64,000 nt of DNA from Octopus sinensis (taxonomy: Eukaryota). How positions within the stretch are numbered: position 1 is the first letter of the stretch; the number at the start of each line of letters is the position of its first letter. A model generated the notes under the pieces. That model made no database searches. It saw only the letters and a list, made by a program, of their open reading frames with translations, and was not told the origin of the DNA. The stretch lies in assembly GCF_006345805.1 (NCBI RefSeq), contig NC_043001.1, positions 29,264,001 to 29,328,000 on the forward strand. The letters run 5' to 3'. The position numbers and the translations under genes are program-made. Positions 1-12,043 of this stretch are shown here, piece after piece.

Positions 1-263
1 ACGTTCTGAGATTTAATAATAAATTTTAGAGAGTTACTTCCCTTATATATGTCAAAAATGGATTAAAAATGGGAAAAATTGATGGTAATTTTTTTTTTAA
101 ATCGTAGACTCATCGTAGACGCGCGCTAATACCCAGACGGTCTCGATATGAATCACGACTATAAGATACCCGGTTTTGGTTAAACTGCACCGCAAAATGT
201 GGGAGTAGTTAGGAATCTAAATCGTAGGAGACAGACACACAACCTCACTTTTATATATAAAGA
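1..263 (-). mobile_element. Non-autonomous Helitron-like element, 5' end (cut by window edge)
   Basis: Minus strand begins A|TCtttatatataaaag followed by tgtgtctgtc, typical of Helitron 5' TC termini. Confidence 0.45.
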
Positions 264-423
264 TTTCCTCTATTTACATAATATTGAGGTCTCTTTCTTT
301 CTTTTGTTATCTTACTGTTTTTACCAATATACATATATATATATATAAATATATATATAGTTACAGAGATGTACTTGCATAGCAAGTGACTTGATCTGAG
401 ATCGTGTGCTGGAACGAAAACAG

Positions 424-682
424 TTGCAGCGTTGAAGGTGTTTATAAGCCATTTAAGAAACACACAAAAACCGTTAGATTCACTTCAACATTTAAATTAA
501 ATTTGTCAAAATATTTTCGTCGCTTTGAGACCGCGACCTGTTAGCACGATATTTTTGTCAGTGAACAGGTCGCGGTCTCAAAGCGACGAAAATATTTTGG
601 CAAATTAAATTTAAATGTTGAAGTGAATGTAACGGTTTTTGTGTGTTTCTTAAATGGCTTACAAACACCTTCCACGCTGCAA
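424..682. repeat. Long inverted repeat: arms 424-542 and 564-682 (119 nt each), 21-nt spacer
   Basis: Manual reverse-complement alignment gives 5 mismatches in 119 nt. Confidence 0.9.
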
Positions 683-739
683 TATATATATACACACATA
701 TATATATATATGTATGTATGTATGTATGTGTGTATATGT

Positions 740-985
740 GTATGCATGTATGTGTGTGTGTGTGCGTGTCTGTGCTTGTGATTGTCCTCCACCACTGCTT
801 GACAACGAATGTTGGTTTGTTTACATCCCTGTCACCTAGTGGTTTGACAAAGGAAACAGATAGAATAAGTACAATGCTTACAAAAATAAAACTGGAGTTG
901 ATTCATTAAACTACAATTCTTCAAGGCATTGCCCCAGCATGGCCACAGAGCAATGGCTGGAAAAAGCAGAAGAATAAAAGAATTG
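740..985 (+). mobile_element. 3' portion of tRNA-derived SINE
   Basis: Body gatagaataagtac...ccagcatggcc is shared with the copies at 3062-3420 and 49361-49697. Confidence 0.7.
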
Positions 986-990
986 AGGGG

Positions 991-1172
991 GACCTCTACA
1001 TGGTAGCTAGACCTGGTAGAAATAGCAGCAAAATTTCCCCCAAATCACACCTTACTGTCTTATCTATGTATATATGTATGTATGAGCCTATGAGGGAGAC
1101 CCCTACATGGCAGCTAGACATGGTAGAAATAGCAGCCAAATCTCCCTCAAATCACACCTTACTGTCTTATCT
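991..1172. repeat. Direct duplication of about 75 bp (991-1065 and 1098-1172)
   Basis: gac(c)ctacatgg..gctagac..ggtagaaatagcagc...aatcacaccttactgtcttatct occurs twice, period 107. Confidence 0.8.
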
Positions 1173-1410
1173 TTCTGCTACTTGGATATAGGTGTTATAT
1201 TCGTCTAAAAAAACTTTCCTGTCACACACTCACGCACACGCACACACACACACACACACACACACGCACCGTCACACACACACACACGCGCACACACACA
1301 CACACACACACGCACGTTAGCTTACAATTTTATTTATATATTTGCGTGTGTATGTGTGGAAAGAGGAAGTGGGAGGCAGAGTGAAAGAATCACCACAGTA
1401 AGTGAATTAG

Positions 1411-1677
1411 TTTCATTTTATTCGTTGCCCACTCTGTGTGTGCGTTTGCGTGTGGTGTAAACCAGACTAAGAAAAGCATTTGACACACACACCAGAATGT
1501 GAGTTTTCTGTAAATTTTGCTTAATTGGAGTTTAAATTTTAAAAACTGGACCTGGCATGACGCGATGCATTGTACTCTTAAAAATGCCAGGTAAATTGTA
1601 ATTGAAGAAATCCTATATTGTAGATTTGTATAACTCCCAAAAGGAGGCAGATAAAATCTGCCTTTTATAATAAGAGA
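1411..1677 (-). mobile_element. Helitron 5' fragment, same family as 47010-48440
   Basis: Reverse complement is nearly identical to 47010-47270; both six-frame translations share YLIIKGRFYLPPF...KLTFWCVCQMLFL. Confidence 0.7.
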
Positions 1678-2329
1678 TATATAAATATAGTTCACATTTA
1701 CAGAGAACAAAAGACGAAGATAGGTGAGGAAACAACAAGCAGGTGTATTAGTTTAATGCTCTGGAAGAATGGTAAAGTCTTTGACATTTTGAGCCTATGC
1801 TCTTTGAAAGAAGAGATTTAAGGGGGAAAAAAAAGGAAGAGAGAACAAAAAAGAAAAAAAATGGAGAGAGAAGATATGTTGGGATTAATGGTTCAACATG
1901 ATGAAATATATATACTTTTTTTCCATATATATACATATATATATATATACGAGCAACCCCCCCCCCGTCCAATGGACAGTGCTGAGTTGTCAAACATTTA
2001 AACCAAATTTTCTCAAAACAACTTGTCCGACCATTCCAGAGGCCTCTCCTTTGAGAAACACAGATTTAACCAAAATTTGAAACACCAGCAAAAGAAGAAA
2101 TAAAGATAGACTTTTTTTTTATTCCAAAGAAAAACGATTTTATTCACACAAATATGCAACCAAAGAGTTTAAAGTATCAGTAATGATAAGGCTGTTGCCT
2201 GGGAGAACACAAACATGGTTTAAACAGTAAGCTTGGCAGGAAAGAAACGTGCCTTTAAGCAGTACAAAAACAACAAAAAATGGAAGGTGCAGTTATGTAC
2301 AGGTTGATGGAAGAAAAGCAGGACAAAAA

Positions 2330-2500
2330 TGGCTTTATCGATCGCATTCTCACCAGGAATCGATTTTTGTAATTTTTTCAAGACTTATACATGCCCTGAT
2401 ACTGTCAGTATCTACATATCAAATTTGAGCGCAATCAGATGGAGGATGCCCGAGATCCTAGAACACACACACACAGACAGAACCGATTTTATATAATAGA
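2330..2500 (-). mobile_element. Helitron-like 5' fragment
   Basis: Minus strand begins A|TCtattatataaaatc followed by (CTGT/GT)n. Confidence 0.4.
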
Positions 2501-3061
2501 TATATACACACATACGTGACAGACTTCTTTCAGCTTCCATCCACCAAATCTACTGACAAGGATTTGGTTAACTCGAGGCTATAGTAGGAGACACTTGCCC
2601 AAAATGCTGTACTGTAAGACTGAAGATGAGATCACATGTTTGAGAAGCAAGCTTCTTAACCATCCAGCCATGTTTATGCAAAAGTATGTAATTTATAAAT
2701 GAATAAATATCTGTATAAATATCTATAGATCTTGCCTTATAGGATGTGAAAAAAATAATTTACTCCAATAAAAATAGTGACTATTTCAATGTTTAGTAGA
2801 TGAATTGTAAGGATATGGGTTAGTTGCTGATATAAAATATATCAATAAGAGAAGAAAATAATACAGAACAAACTAAAGAAGACAGAAGGAAACAGGTGAG
2901 TATATTTTTGAATATATTTGACCTTTCTTTAAAGGTAATGAAAAACCTGTCTTATTTGGAGGGCAATTTTTACCTGTTGTAAAAGAAAACAAATAAATAC
3001 TGAAGCAAACCAGTTTTCTCAGTGGCAATGTCAAAATACATATGTACCTACATACATTTTT

Positions 3062-3420
3062 TTTATTTGTGTCAATCATTTGACTGTGGCCCTGTTGGAG
3101 CACCACCTCCTTTAGTCGAACAAATCAATGCCAGGACTTATTCTTTGTAAGCCTTGTACTTATTCTATCCGTCTCTTTTGTTGAACCACTAAGTTACAGG
3201 GACATAAACACACTAACATCAGTTGTGAAACGATACATACATATATACATACATACATACGTATGTACATATGCACAACAGGCTTCCACACAGTTTTCAT
3301 CTACAAAATTCACTCACAAGATATTGGTTGGCTGAGGATCTAGTAGAAGACAGTTGCTCAAGATGTAGGACTGAACATGAAACCATGTGGTTATAAAGCA
3401 AGATTCTTAACTGCACAGCC
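3062..3420 (-). mobile_element. tRNA-derived SINE with CORE-like central box, near full length
   Basis: tRNA-like head at the right end, central microsatellite, and a tail shared with other copies in the window. Confidence 0.75.
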
Positions 3421-3671
3421 CATATATATAATTTTGTATTTCTTTGCACCACTCACATGTCATTTCCCCTTTCCAACAGCCTTCAATTTAGAAGAACAGA
3501 AGAATACTTCATGTTTGTCTTTTGTTCTTTTTCATATATTTTTTGAATTGTGATGGAAAAGATGTAATTAGTTATAGTTGGATAAAATTTTGAATCCAGT
3601 TGAAGTTTGCAGTTCTGTATTGTCTCTCTGAGCAGGATTTCTTTCTCCTGTGATCTCTATAGATATATTAA

Positions 3672-3891
3672 GCCTTTCTTTACCAACCTGGCTGAAACCG
3701 GCTCTGGCTCTGAGTACAAATGTCTTGTTTGCATATGTTTTGAATTAAAATCTTCCACCAAATGTTAGTTACAATTTATGCTCCTAACACTAGTTTTATG
3801 ATAACTAAGTTATTTTACTAAAATTTTTGTTATATTTAAAGTAATTGAAAGAGACACAGAGCATCTCAAAATAAATACAGTAACAAAAGGG
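3672..3891. mobile_element. piggyBac-type MITE
   Basis: Flanked by TTAA at 3668-3671 and 3892-3895; imperfect TIRs (g/c)cctttc.ttacc ... gtaacaaaaggg. Confidence 0.6.
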
Positions 3892-4030
3892 TTAATTGTC
3901 AATGTAAAGCATAAAGTGATGTCTTTGTGTTGCAGTTTCTATTTTCCATTTGGTGCATGTTTTTATATTCATATATCTTGTTGGTACGGCTCATGGGCAA
4001 TATATTATATTTTTTTAAGAATTGGTCAAA

Positions 4031-4650
4031 CATGACCTTCGAACGTTGGGTCTCACAGAGGCAATGATGAAAGACCGAGATCTCTGGAGATATGCTGTGA
4101 CTGCGAAGACTTGACAAATAACATGAGTCCATGGCTGTTTCCTGCACCAGTTTCACATAGCAGCCCCAGCCCATCCAAAGTACCATGGATCGCAGAATGG
4201 CCTGCTGAGCTTACCTTGGATCATAGGGTGACCTGCTGTGCTTACCTTGGATCATAGGGCAACCTGCTGTGCTTGAGGAGACCTATTGAGTCAAGTACAT
4301 CAACACCAAAATAAAAATCAAATGGAAATTGTAGTTGTGATACCTGTGCCGGTGGCACGTAAAAAGCACCATCCGAAGGTGGCCAATGCCAGCACCACCT
4401 TGACTAGCTTCCATGCTGGTGGCATGTAAAAAGCACCAACGAATCGTGGATGCTTCCAGCCTCCCCTGGCACGTAAAAAGCACCCCCTACACTCACAGAG
4501 TGGTTGGCATTAGGAATGGCATTCAGCTGTAGAAACACTGCCAGATCAGACTGGAACCTGGTGCAGCTCCTGGCTTCCCAGACCTTGGTTGAACCATCCA
4601 ACCCATACAAGCATGGAAAATGGACATTAAACGATGATGATAATGATGAT
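4031..4650 (+). mobile_element. 5'-truncated RTE-clade LINE (ORF end + 3' UTR + GAT tail)
   Basis: HDLRTLGLTEAMMKDRDLWRYAV ORF end, aaaagcacc subrepeats, terminal gcatggaaaa..gacattaaacgatgatgat. Confidence 0.85.
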
Positions 4651-5419
4651 GAATTCAATTTGGTTTTCATGCTGATGATATGATAATAAATGTTGGGTAT
4701 GACCAAAAGAGTACAACTGAGGATACAAGTGACTGAAGTGGGGTTCTTTCAAAGGTACCTGGAATAATCTTTTTCAATAGAGCATGTATTTTGGAGATCA
4801 GGGAATCTTGCCAGGTGAAGCCACTACTTCTCTGCATTGAGGGGTCACAGCTCTAGTGCTATGGACATGTGATTTGGATACCACAGGAAAGCATCACTAA
4901 ATGGATTCTTCAAGCCAAGCTCACTGGGGCAGACAAAAATGAAATAGCAGGATAATAGTCATAATCTTAGTTGGACATGCTAGGAATGCAGCCAGAAAAT
5001 GTAATGGCCCTATGGAAGAGGTGCCTGAGGACTCAAACCTAAGAACCCACCTAGGAATGATGGGTAGAGTCGATGGATGGATGGGTGAGTGGGTGGAGAA
5101 TTTGAACAACTGAGATTTCAGTTTTGAAGATATAGTGCTGTAACTTTTGTCTTTTCTTTGAGAGGGCTTCTCTTGATATGTTCTGATGTACTTTATGTAA
5201 TTCTTATTTGAGGGCAGATATAGCTTACTTCCACCTGTTCACAATCTGAAATATATAATTTTTTTCCTTAAACTCTTTCCTGGATTAGTTGTTGTTCCAA
5301 AGAAATGCATTTTGGTCGACAAAATTCTTTCAACATCTTTTTTTAATAACAATAAGTTTATTAACTTTGTTTCATTTGTGTCGAGGGAACTTCTAAAGGA
5401 ACAGATTATTATGTTTGAC

Positions 5420-5765
5420 TATATGAAAGAATCACCACTGCTTTGTTGTTATTATTGTTGCTATCTTCAAAACTACTTGCTTCACTTCTATATTTAAGAG
5501 ATGAGGAATTATGTACATTATTTACAATTGAGGAATATTTGTCCTCATCTTGTTTGTTGTTAACACAAAATTTCGGCTGATATACCCTCCAGTCTTCATC
5601 AAGTGTCTTGGGGAAATCTTGAACCTGGGTTCTCATTCCTAAGGCATTTTTCGTCGTTGTTGTCATCTTCGTCCTTCTTCTTCTTCTTCTTCTTCTTCTT
5701 CTCTTCTTCTTATTATTATTATTATTCAGGTCACTGCCCGGAATCGAACTCGGAATCTTGGGGTT
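5420..5765 (-). mobile_element. tRNA-headed SINE carrying a decayed hammerhead-ribozyme-like motif
   Basis: B-box GAGTTCGATTCC at 5751-5740; hammerhead-like core at 5607-5562. Confidence 0.55.
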
Positions 5766-7129
5766 AAGAAAGTCAACCTCAGCAAAATTTGAACTCAGAA
5801 TGTGAAAAAAGATGAAATACCGCTAGGCATTTTACCCAGCATGCTAACAATTCTGCCAGCTTGCCACCTTAATAATAATAGTAACAAATACCCTGATGCA
5901 GTACCAGGCATTGGTTCTCATGGCTTCCGATCTTAATTGATTGGAAGTGTTATCATGTACATATTTTGTCTTGGTATAAAAGATGGGCTACAGCAAATAT
6001 TCTGCTCAGTACCACAGATTTGCTGGTCAATTGTTTGACCTTAACCGGTTGAGCATGTCCCTTAGTAGCTGCAGGTATGTTCATCTCTAATCATGAGCAG
6101 AAGTAATGAAGGAGTATCATAGCTATGTGTTGAGAAGAATTCTTTGGAGCTTAAATAATTTACCTCTGGAAACATGTGTGTCTCATTCAACATCCTTATT
6201 CAAGGGCCTTTTGAGTGGGATGGGTTACTCAACCTGAAGAAAATTCTAATTGGGTTCCACCTGCAAGGTCATACATTGTTTATCTTGATATGAGATCACC
6301 ATATTGCACACAGATGGTTGTGATGCATGTGCCTGGTGTACCCTTATCAGACGTGGTTATGATGGGTGTACTGAACTTTGTATATTTGTGCCTTGGCATC
6401 ACTTTGATGGTGTGTCCTTCCCTCTCACATAATGATAATGATAATGGTTTCAAATTTTGGCTGAGGGTTAGCAACTTTGTGGGCGGGGATAAGTGGATTA
6501 CATTGACCCCAATACTCAACTGGTACTTATTTTATCGACCCCGAAAAGATGAAAGGTAAAGTCAACCTTGGCGGAATTTGAACTCAGACCATAAAGACAG
6601 ATGAGATACCACTAAGCATTATGACCGGCATGCTTATGATTCTGCCCGCTTGCCACCATTATACATAATAATAATAGCGGTTTCAGATTTTGGAACAAGG
6701 CTAACAGTTTTTGAGGAGAGGGGGATGTTGATTACACCAAACCCAGTACATGACTGGTACTAATTTTATCAACCCTGAAAGGATGAAAGGCGCTGTTAAC
6801 CTTGGCAGAATTTGAACTCAAAATGTAAAGACAAGTGAAATGCTGGCATACTAACAATTCTGACAGCTTGCCACCTTAATAATAATAATAATGATATTAA
6901 TATTTAGAATAATAATCCTTTCTACTGTGGGCACAGGGCCTGAAATTTAGGGGAAGGGATTAAGTCAATTCCGTTGATTCCAGTACTTGGATGGTACTTA
7001 TTTAAATGACCCCAAAAAGATGAAAGGCAACGTCAACCTCAGCAGAATTTGAACTCAGAACATAGTGACAGACAAAATACTGCTAAGCATTTCGCCCAGT
7101 GTGCTAATGATTCTGTCAGCTTGCCACCC

Positions 7130-7168
<39 letters not shown>

Positions 7169-7465
7169 TAATAATAATGGTTTCAAATTTTGCCAAATAC
7201 TGCTAAGCATTTCATCCAGTGTGCTAATAATATTGCCAGCTCATCGCCTTAATAATAATAATAATAATGATAATAATCATAAGTGGCCTGATGCAGTACC
7301 AGGCAGTGGCTCTCGTGGCTGCTGATCTTAACTGATTGGAAGTGTTATCATGTACATGTTTTGTCTTGGTATAAAAGATGGGCTACAGCAAATACTGAAG
7401 AGTTGATTACATCGACCTACAGTACTCAACTGGTACTTATTTTATCGACACTGAAAAGATGGAAA
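5765..7465 (-). mobile_element. Cluster of co-oriented tRNA-derived SINE copies separated by (AAT)n
   Basis: The unit ...gatgaaagg..aagtcaacct..gcagaatttgaactcaga...tgctaac.attctgccagcttgccacctt recurs, ending near 5870, 6660, 6877, 7120 and 7250. Further copies near 8590 and 30005. Confidence 0.8.
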
Positions 7466-7466
7466 G

Positions 7467-8423
7467 TGTAGAACGACCGTGTGAAAGGAGAGGTGAGGAA
7501 TAAATGACTCCTTTAATACACTGCACAGTCTCTTTACAATAAAAGCAAAAAGGATAAATGAATGCGAGTGCCAGCAGGAAAAGAAAGCCGACACAACTGA
7601 TAGAAGGTTTAAGAGAAGATTTTATTTAGGTGTTAACATGTGTGTCTGTATGTGCGACATAAGTACATATATAATAATGATAATAATAATAATAGACAGG
7701 CTGTCATGCATACATAATGTGTATGTGTGTACAAACAAGGGTGTATGCGTGTGGGATAAAATGCAGAGCGTAGAAAGAGTTAATAATAGGACACCAGAAG
7801 TTCACATAATGATGATAAATACCAGTTCGTAGTCAGGTACACAATAGTTGAAGTTCTGTAATAAGAAGTTGTGGCATAGATGCAGAGCTGGTTGAAGCAC
7901 ATGTCATGTAAGCAGTTGTGGCTACTATGCCGCTACTGGTCACTTGATACAGGACAATCTCACAGGTTGTACTTTCTGTTAACCACAATGAAGTAATTCA
8001 CAAACAATGAGGAGTTGCACCTGAGTGAATGTTGCTGTGTACATAGAGATGTTGTTGGCATTGTTAAGAAGATGGAGGTCCTGAATGCTGCTGGACAAAG
8101 TTGAGTCTCCATGTGAGCTGCTGGTGTGGTTGTCGCTGGAACTGGCTGTGTGCTCTGTGATCAGTGGTTAGACCTTAGAAGGTCTAGAACCAAAGATGAA
8201 ATACGATTGTTGTAACTAGCCTTTTATAGGGACTAGGAGGCTCCAACGGAAATTTAGAAGACTGTGTCACAGGACCTTATCAGAAGGCTGCAATTGATTG
8301 GGTTGCACATTGGCACGTAATAGAGCAAGAGACACATTGCGCCAATACCAACCAATCAGAGTAGTGAACACAACAGGATCCAAGTGGCCGAAGGCTAGCC
8401 GTTATCTGCTATGTCCGTACTCA
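7467..8423 (-). mobile_element. Probable solo LTR of about 957 bp
   Basis: TG...CA ends with short imperfect inverted termini (tgtagaacg / tgagtacgg). Minus-strand CCAAT-like boxes, TATAAAA near 8228-8222 and AATAAA at 7626-7621. No clear TSD; it interrupts a SINE. Confidence 0.5.
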
Positions 8424-8434
8424 TATATATATAT

Positions 8435-8468
<34 letters not shown>

Positions 8469-9404
8469 GAGAAAATTTCACTAAGTGTACACTACAAAAG
8501 CATAGTTGACCCTGGTGGAATTTGAAAGATGGACAAAATGCCACAAAGCATTTTGCCCTGTGCCTTAACAATTCTGTTAGCCACCTTAATGATGATAATA
8601 ACAATAAAAATAATAGTAATGGTAATAATACTTTCACAAGCCTGCTAACTTATTGTTAAGGGCTATAATTGATTGACATTAAGCGATAGAGCTAAATACT
8701 GTATAACATTTAGTCCACAAGTTTAACATTGTATTGATTATTCACTTGTAAACTGGTACATGTTTTTAGCACGTAGGGTAAGTTGATAGTCTTGCCTCAT
8801 TCCATCAATGTTCACCACATTGGCCTAGTTTAACCTATCTTATCATCATTACCCCACTGTGGACTTGATATGAAAACATGGCACTTTTGTTTTAACAGAA
8901 GTTGTTTCATATGATGGTGATGAGGATGATGATGATCATGATGGTGGTGGTGATGATGATGATGATGCTGATTTCTTTATTATCCATATGGGTTCAAAAT
9001 ATACAATAAAACACATACACCATGGAACAACAAACAGTGTTAGGTGGGGTGGAACAAACTAGTTTTATTGATAAGATCTACAAATGAGTATATTTGAAAG
9101 CTTTGAAAAGAAACACTATTGAACCCAATGAAATGAAACCACAGAACAATTATGCTTGAAAGTGGGAAGTAGATTAAAGGCTATTAATTGCAATAACATA
9201 TAAACTATAATATCTTAAGTATTTTTCAGGCTTTCCTTTGTTACAAGAGTGGAGGGAGGGGCTATAATTAATTTGCACCATTTCTACACTGGAAAATGAA
9301 ACTAAATACTGAAAAACAATTAGGGCTGGTTCTTTATTGTTTACCCCATTCTACCAACATTGAGATGGTGATGATGATGATACAATAATAATAATAATTC
9401 ATTC

Positions 9405-9650
9405 ATCATCATCATTTTTAATGCATATTTTTCCTTTCTTGGACAGGTCTTACTATATAGTATGTTGTCATGCAACATTTTCTTGTGTCATCTCATCTGC
9501 AAGGTTCAAGCTCTTGAGATCCAGTGTCACCACTTCTTTCAATATTGCCACTGGTATTCCTGTGTGCATTTTAGAACTACCAGGCCTGTCATACTCAACC
9601 ACTTTATCTGTTTATCTACACTCCACATTTGAGGTTGAGTATGATAAAAA
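9405..9650 (-). mobile_element. Old, degenerate RTE 3' fragment
   Basis: (CAT)n tail and remnants resembling the RTE ORF C-terminus. Confidence 0.45.
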
Positions 9651-11012
9651 TGTTGAATGTGTGTAAGGTAGATAGAAGTTTAATTAAAAATCAAAGATCT
9701 AAAAAAAAAAAGAAAGAAAAAGCAGTACAGGTTATGTTGGTTAACAAATGATTCAACTTCTATACTCTCTTTATAGAAATGGAGTGAGTAAAAATAGCAA
9801 GAGAATATATCTGTAACAATAATGATTTCAAAGTTAAGAGAGTTTTATCCAATGTTCTTAATGTTGAAAGAAAGACATTCAAAGAGCTTTACTTGTGAGA
9901 AAAGGTAGGATAGGCCAAAAGCAACATAGAATTTTTGATAGTTAAAAGATTTTTTAAAGTACAACTACTGCTCAGATGATTCCACCATTTATTATGATGA
10001 ATATTTTGCTTTCCACTCTTGCTTACCTGGGTTATATTAACTTCACATGCACTCCACCGACATAATATCTAACATTTTTTTCTCTACCTGACATTTCCTT
10101 TATCATAAAATGTAGCTTGGTGGGTTTAGATAGTGGAATGGGGATAGCAAATTTTAATCTCATTTGCCAACAATGGTTCTTTCTCTGGCATCTAGTATTG
10201 AATCTAAATGCCATAACACTATCTCATACAATTATTGTTCTGACCTTTTAGCTTCTCGTTTCAAGATGTGTAAAGTTTACTTTATTAGAATTTGCGTTTT
10301 AATGCAACCATTCGCAACCCACGGGTCAAAAAAACATTTTGAAATATGAACATATTTGTATGTGTGTGTGTGTGTGTGGTTTTATTTAGTTTCTAATACC
10401 TCATAGTTTAGTATCAATCAAATTTATTAAACTGGGTCATAAACCAAATATGAAAAAGTGCATGAATAGATAAATAGAGAGCAAAGAACTTCTCAGTTAA
10501 TATGTTGCTATAATGTTTTGCAAAAAAATGCTCTTTAAATTCATTCTCCGAGGAAAGGCATTAATATTGTAACTTCACATTTCTCTATTTTTGTTGAGAA
10601 AATCTTGAAAGAGTATGTCTTCTGTAAAGATTCAGAAAGTGAACACAGGGTAGTGACGGAAATGTTGATGATGACGATAATGACATATTAATTAACATAT
10701 TTATATTAAATAAAGCTAATTTTACCTTTTAGATTTCTTTAAAAAGTTTAAATAATGGGAAAAAAAAAATCTTAGATCAGATAGTTATTCACAGGTGGTA
10801 TGTTATTTATGTATCTGTATTTATTCGAAGAACATTCTGCAGAATCTAAATGTTGAAAACTCCATTTTTAGTTTTAATGTAAATAAAATTAAAAATCGTA
10901 AAAATATTTCTCTAAGAAAGAAGAAGAGACTTAGCAAACATTTTGAAAAGTTTAACCAATATGATGTAAAGAAACTTGACTTAACTGCATGTATAACTAC
11001 CACCACTGAATT

Positions 11013-11049
11013 GACCAATCAGAGCGTTTGTTAGAGAGCTATGACGTCA
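11013..11049 (+). promoter_or_regulatory. Putative OGDH promoter: CCAAT box plus palindromic CRE
   Basis: GACCAATCAG (NF-Y-type) at 11013-11022 and TGACGTCA at 11042-11049, at the start of a CpG-retaining region about 700 nt upstream of the ATG. Confidence 0.5.
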
Positions 11050-11107
11050 TCAGGCAGAGTGTAGCTGACGACGGTAGTGTATATGACCGCGCTTGAGGAG
11101 ATCCGAG
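11050..11107 (+). other. OGDH: Putative non-coding first exon of OGDH (start uncertain), followed by a 151-nt intron 11108-11258
   Basis: Consensus donor GAG|gtaagt at 11108 and strong acceptor ctcttatttgtttcag ending at 11258. Confidence 0.45.
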
Positions 11108-11756
11108 GTAAGTTTCGTTCAATTAATAATATATATACATTTATTTTTATACACTTCAAATGAATTTTAACTACCTTTTGTTTCCAACAATTAAATAGTT
11201 TGAAATTTCCTGTAATTATTTCCATAACTACTTGATTTTTAACTCTTATTTGTTTCAGAATATTTTGGCTTTCGACGTCGCCATATTTCACTCTTTTAAG
11301 CCAAAAAAAAGCATTGGAGGATCCGAAAATTTCTCTCGTGATTGATTGTTTATGAAATATTTAATGTTCTTATGTCATATTTCAAAGTTTTAAACAACTT
11401 TGAGTGATTGGCTAAAAAGTCAGTTATTAAGTAAAACGATTTACCCTATAAAACCTTTCATGTTGACAATGCTTCTAACAAATAGCTGTCAAGGTTAAAG
11501 AAAAAGATAAAGTTCCTCCAAAGAAAACAAAATAAAGTAAAGTTGTTGGTATCGAAATCAGCACGACGAAGAAATTAGTAAATTTGTTACCTGTAAATAT
11601 TGTTGATATTTTACTACCCAACACCTATCCTATCAAATTCCGACGAAGTAACCCAACAACGATAGTGGCTACGGAAAAGGCCACACTGGATCGTCGTATA
11701 AATCCTCGGCTCTTTCACAATATAAGACATTTTCATATCAAACGAACGTTTTAACC

Positions 11757-11990
11757 ATGTACCGCATTAGCAGGACGTTTTTCAAATTTCCTGTGCGTAT
11801 CACGCACCAGCGGCAGGCATGGACTACTCTCCACAACCATCAGTCCAAGACTTCAAATTCCATCCCAAAGTCAAATCGGATTAACTATGGTACCCAAGCA
11901 GCTGCAGAACCCTTCCTTAATGGGAGCTCGTCTTCCTACTTGGAAGAAATGTATTCTGCTTGGCAGAAAGATCCGAACAGTGTACATAAG
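11757..11990 (+). CDS. OGDH: 2-oxoglutarate dehydrogenase E1, first coding exon (mitochondrial presequence + [29 protein letters not shown])
   Basis: ATG in context aaccATG. N-terminus is Arg/Ser/Thr-rich with no acidic residues, as in mitochondrial presequences. Conserved OGDH motif AEPFLxGxSSxYxEEMY..W..DP.SVH. Donor AAG|gtaagt at 11991, 234 nt, phase 0. Confidence 0.96.
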
Positions 11991-12007
11991 GTAAGTATTT
12001 TCTAGGT

Positions 12008-12043
<36 letters not shown>

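Noticed and set aside
5728-5765. tRNA-like A/B boxes here and at other SINE heads
   Set aside because: No complete cloverleaf; each continues into a repeated SINE body, so these are not tRNA genes.
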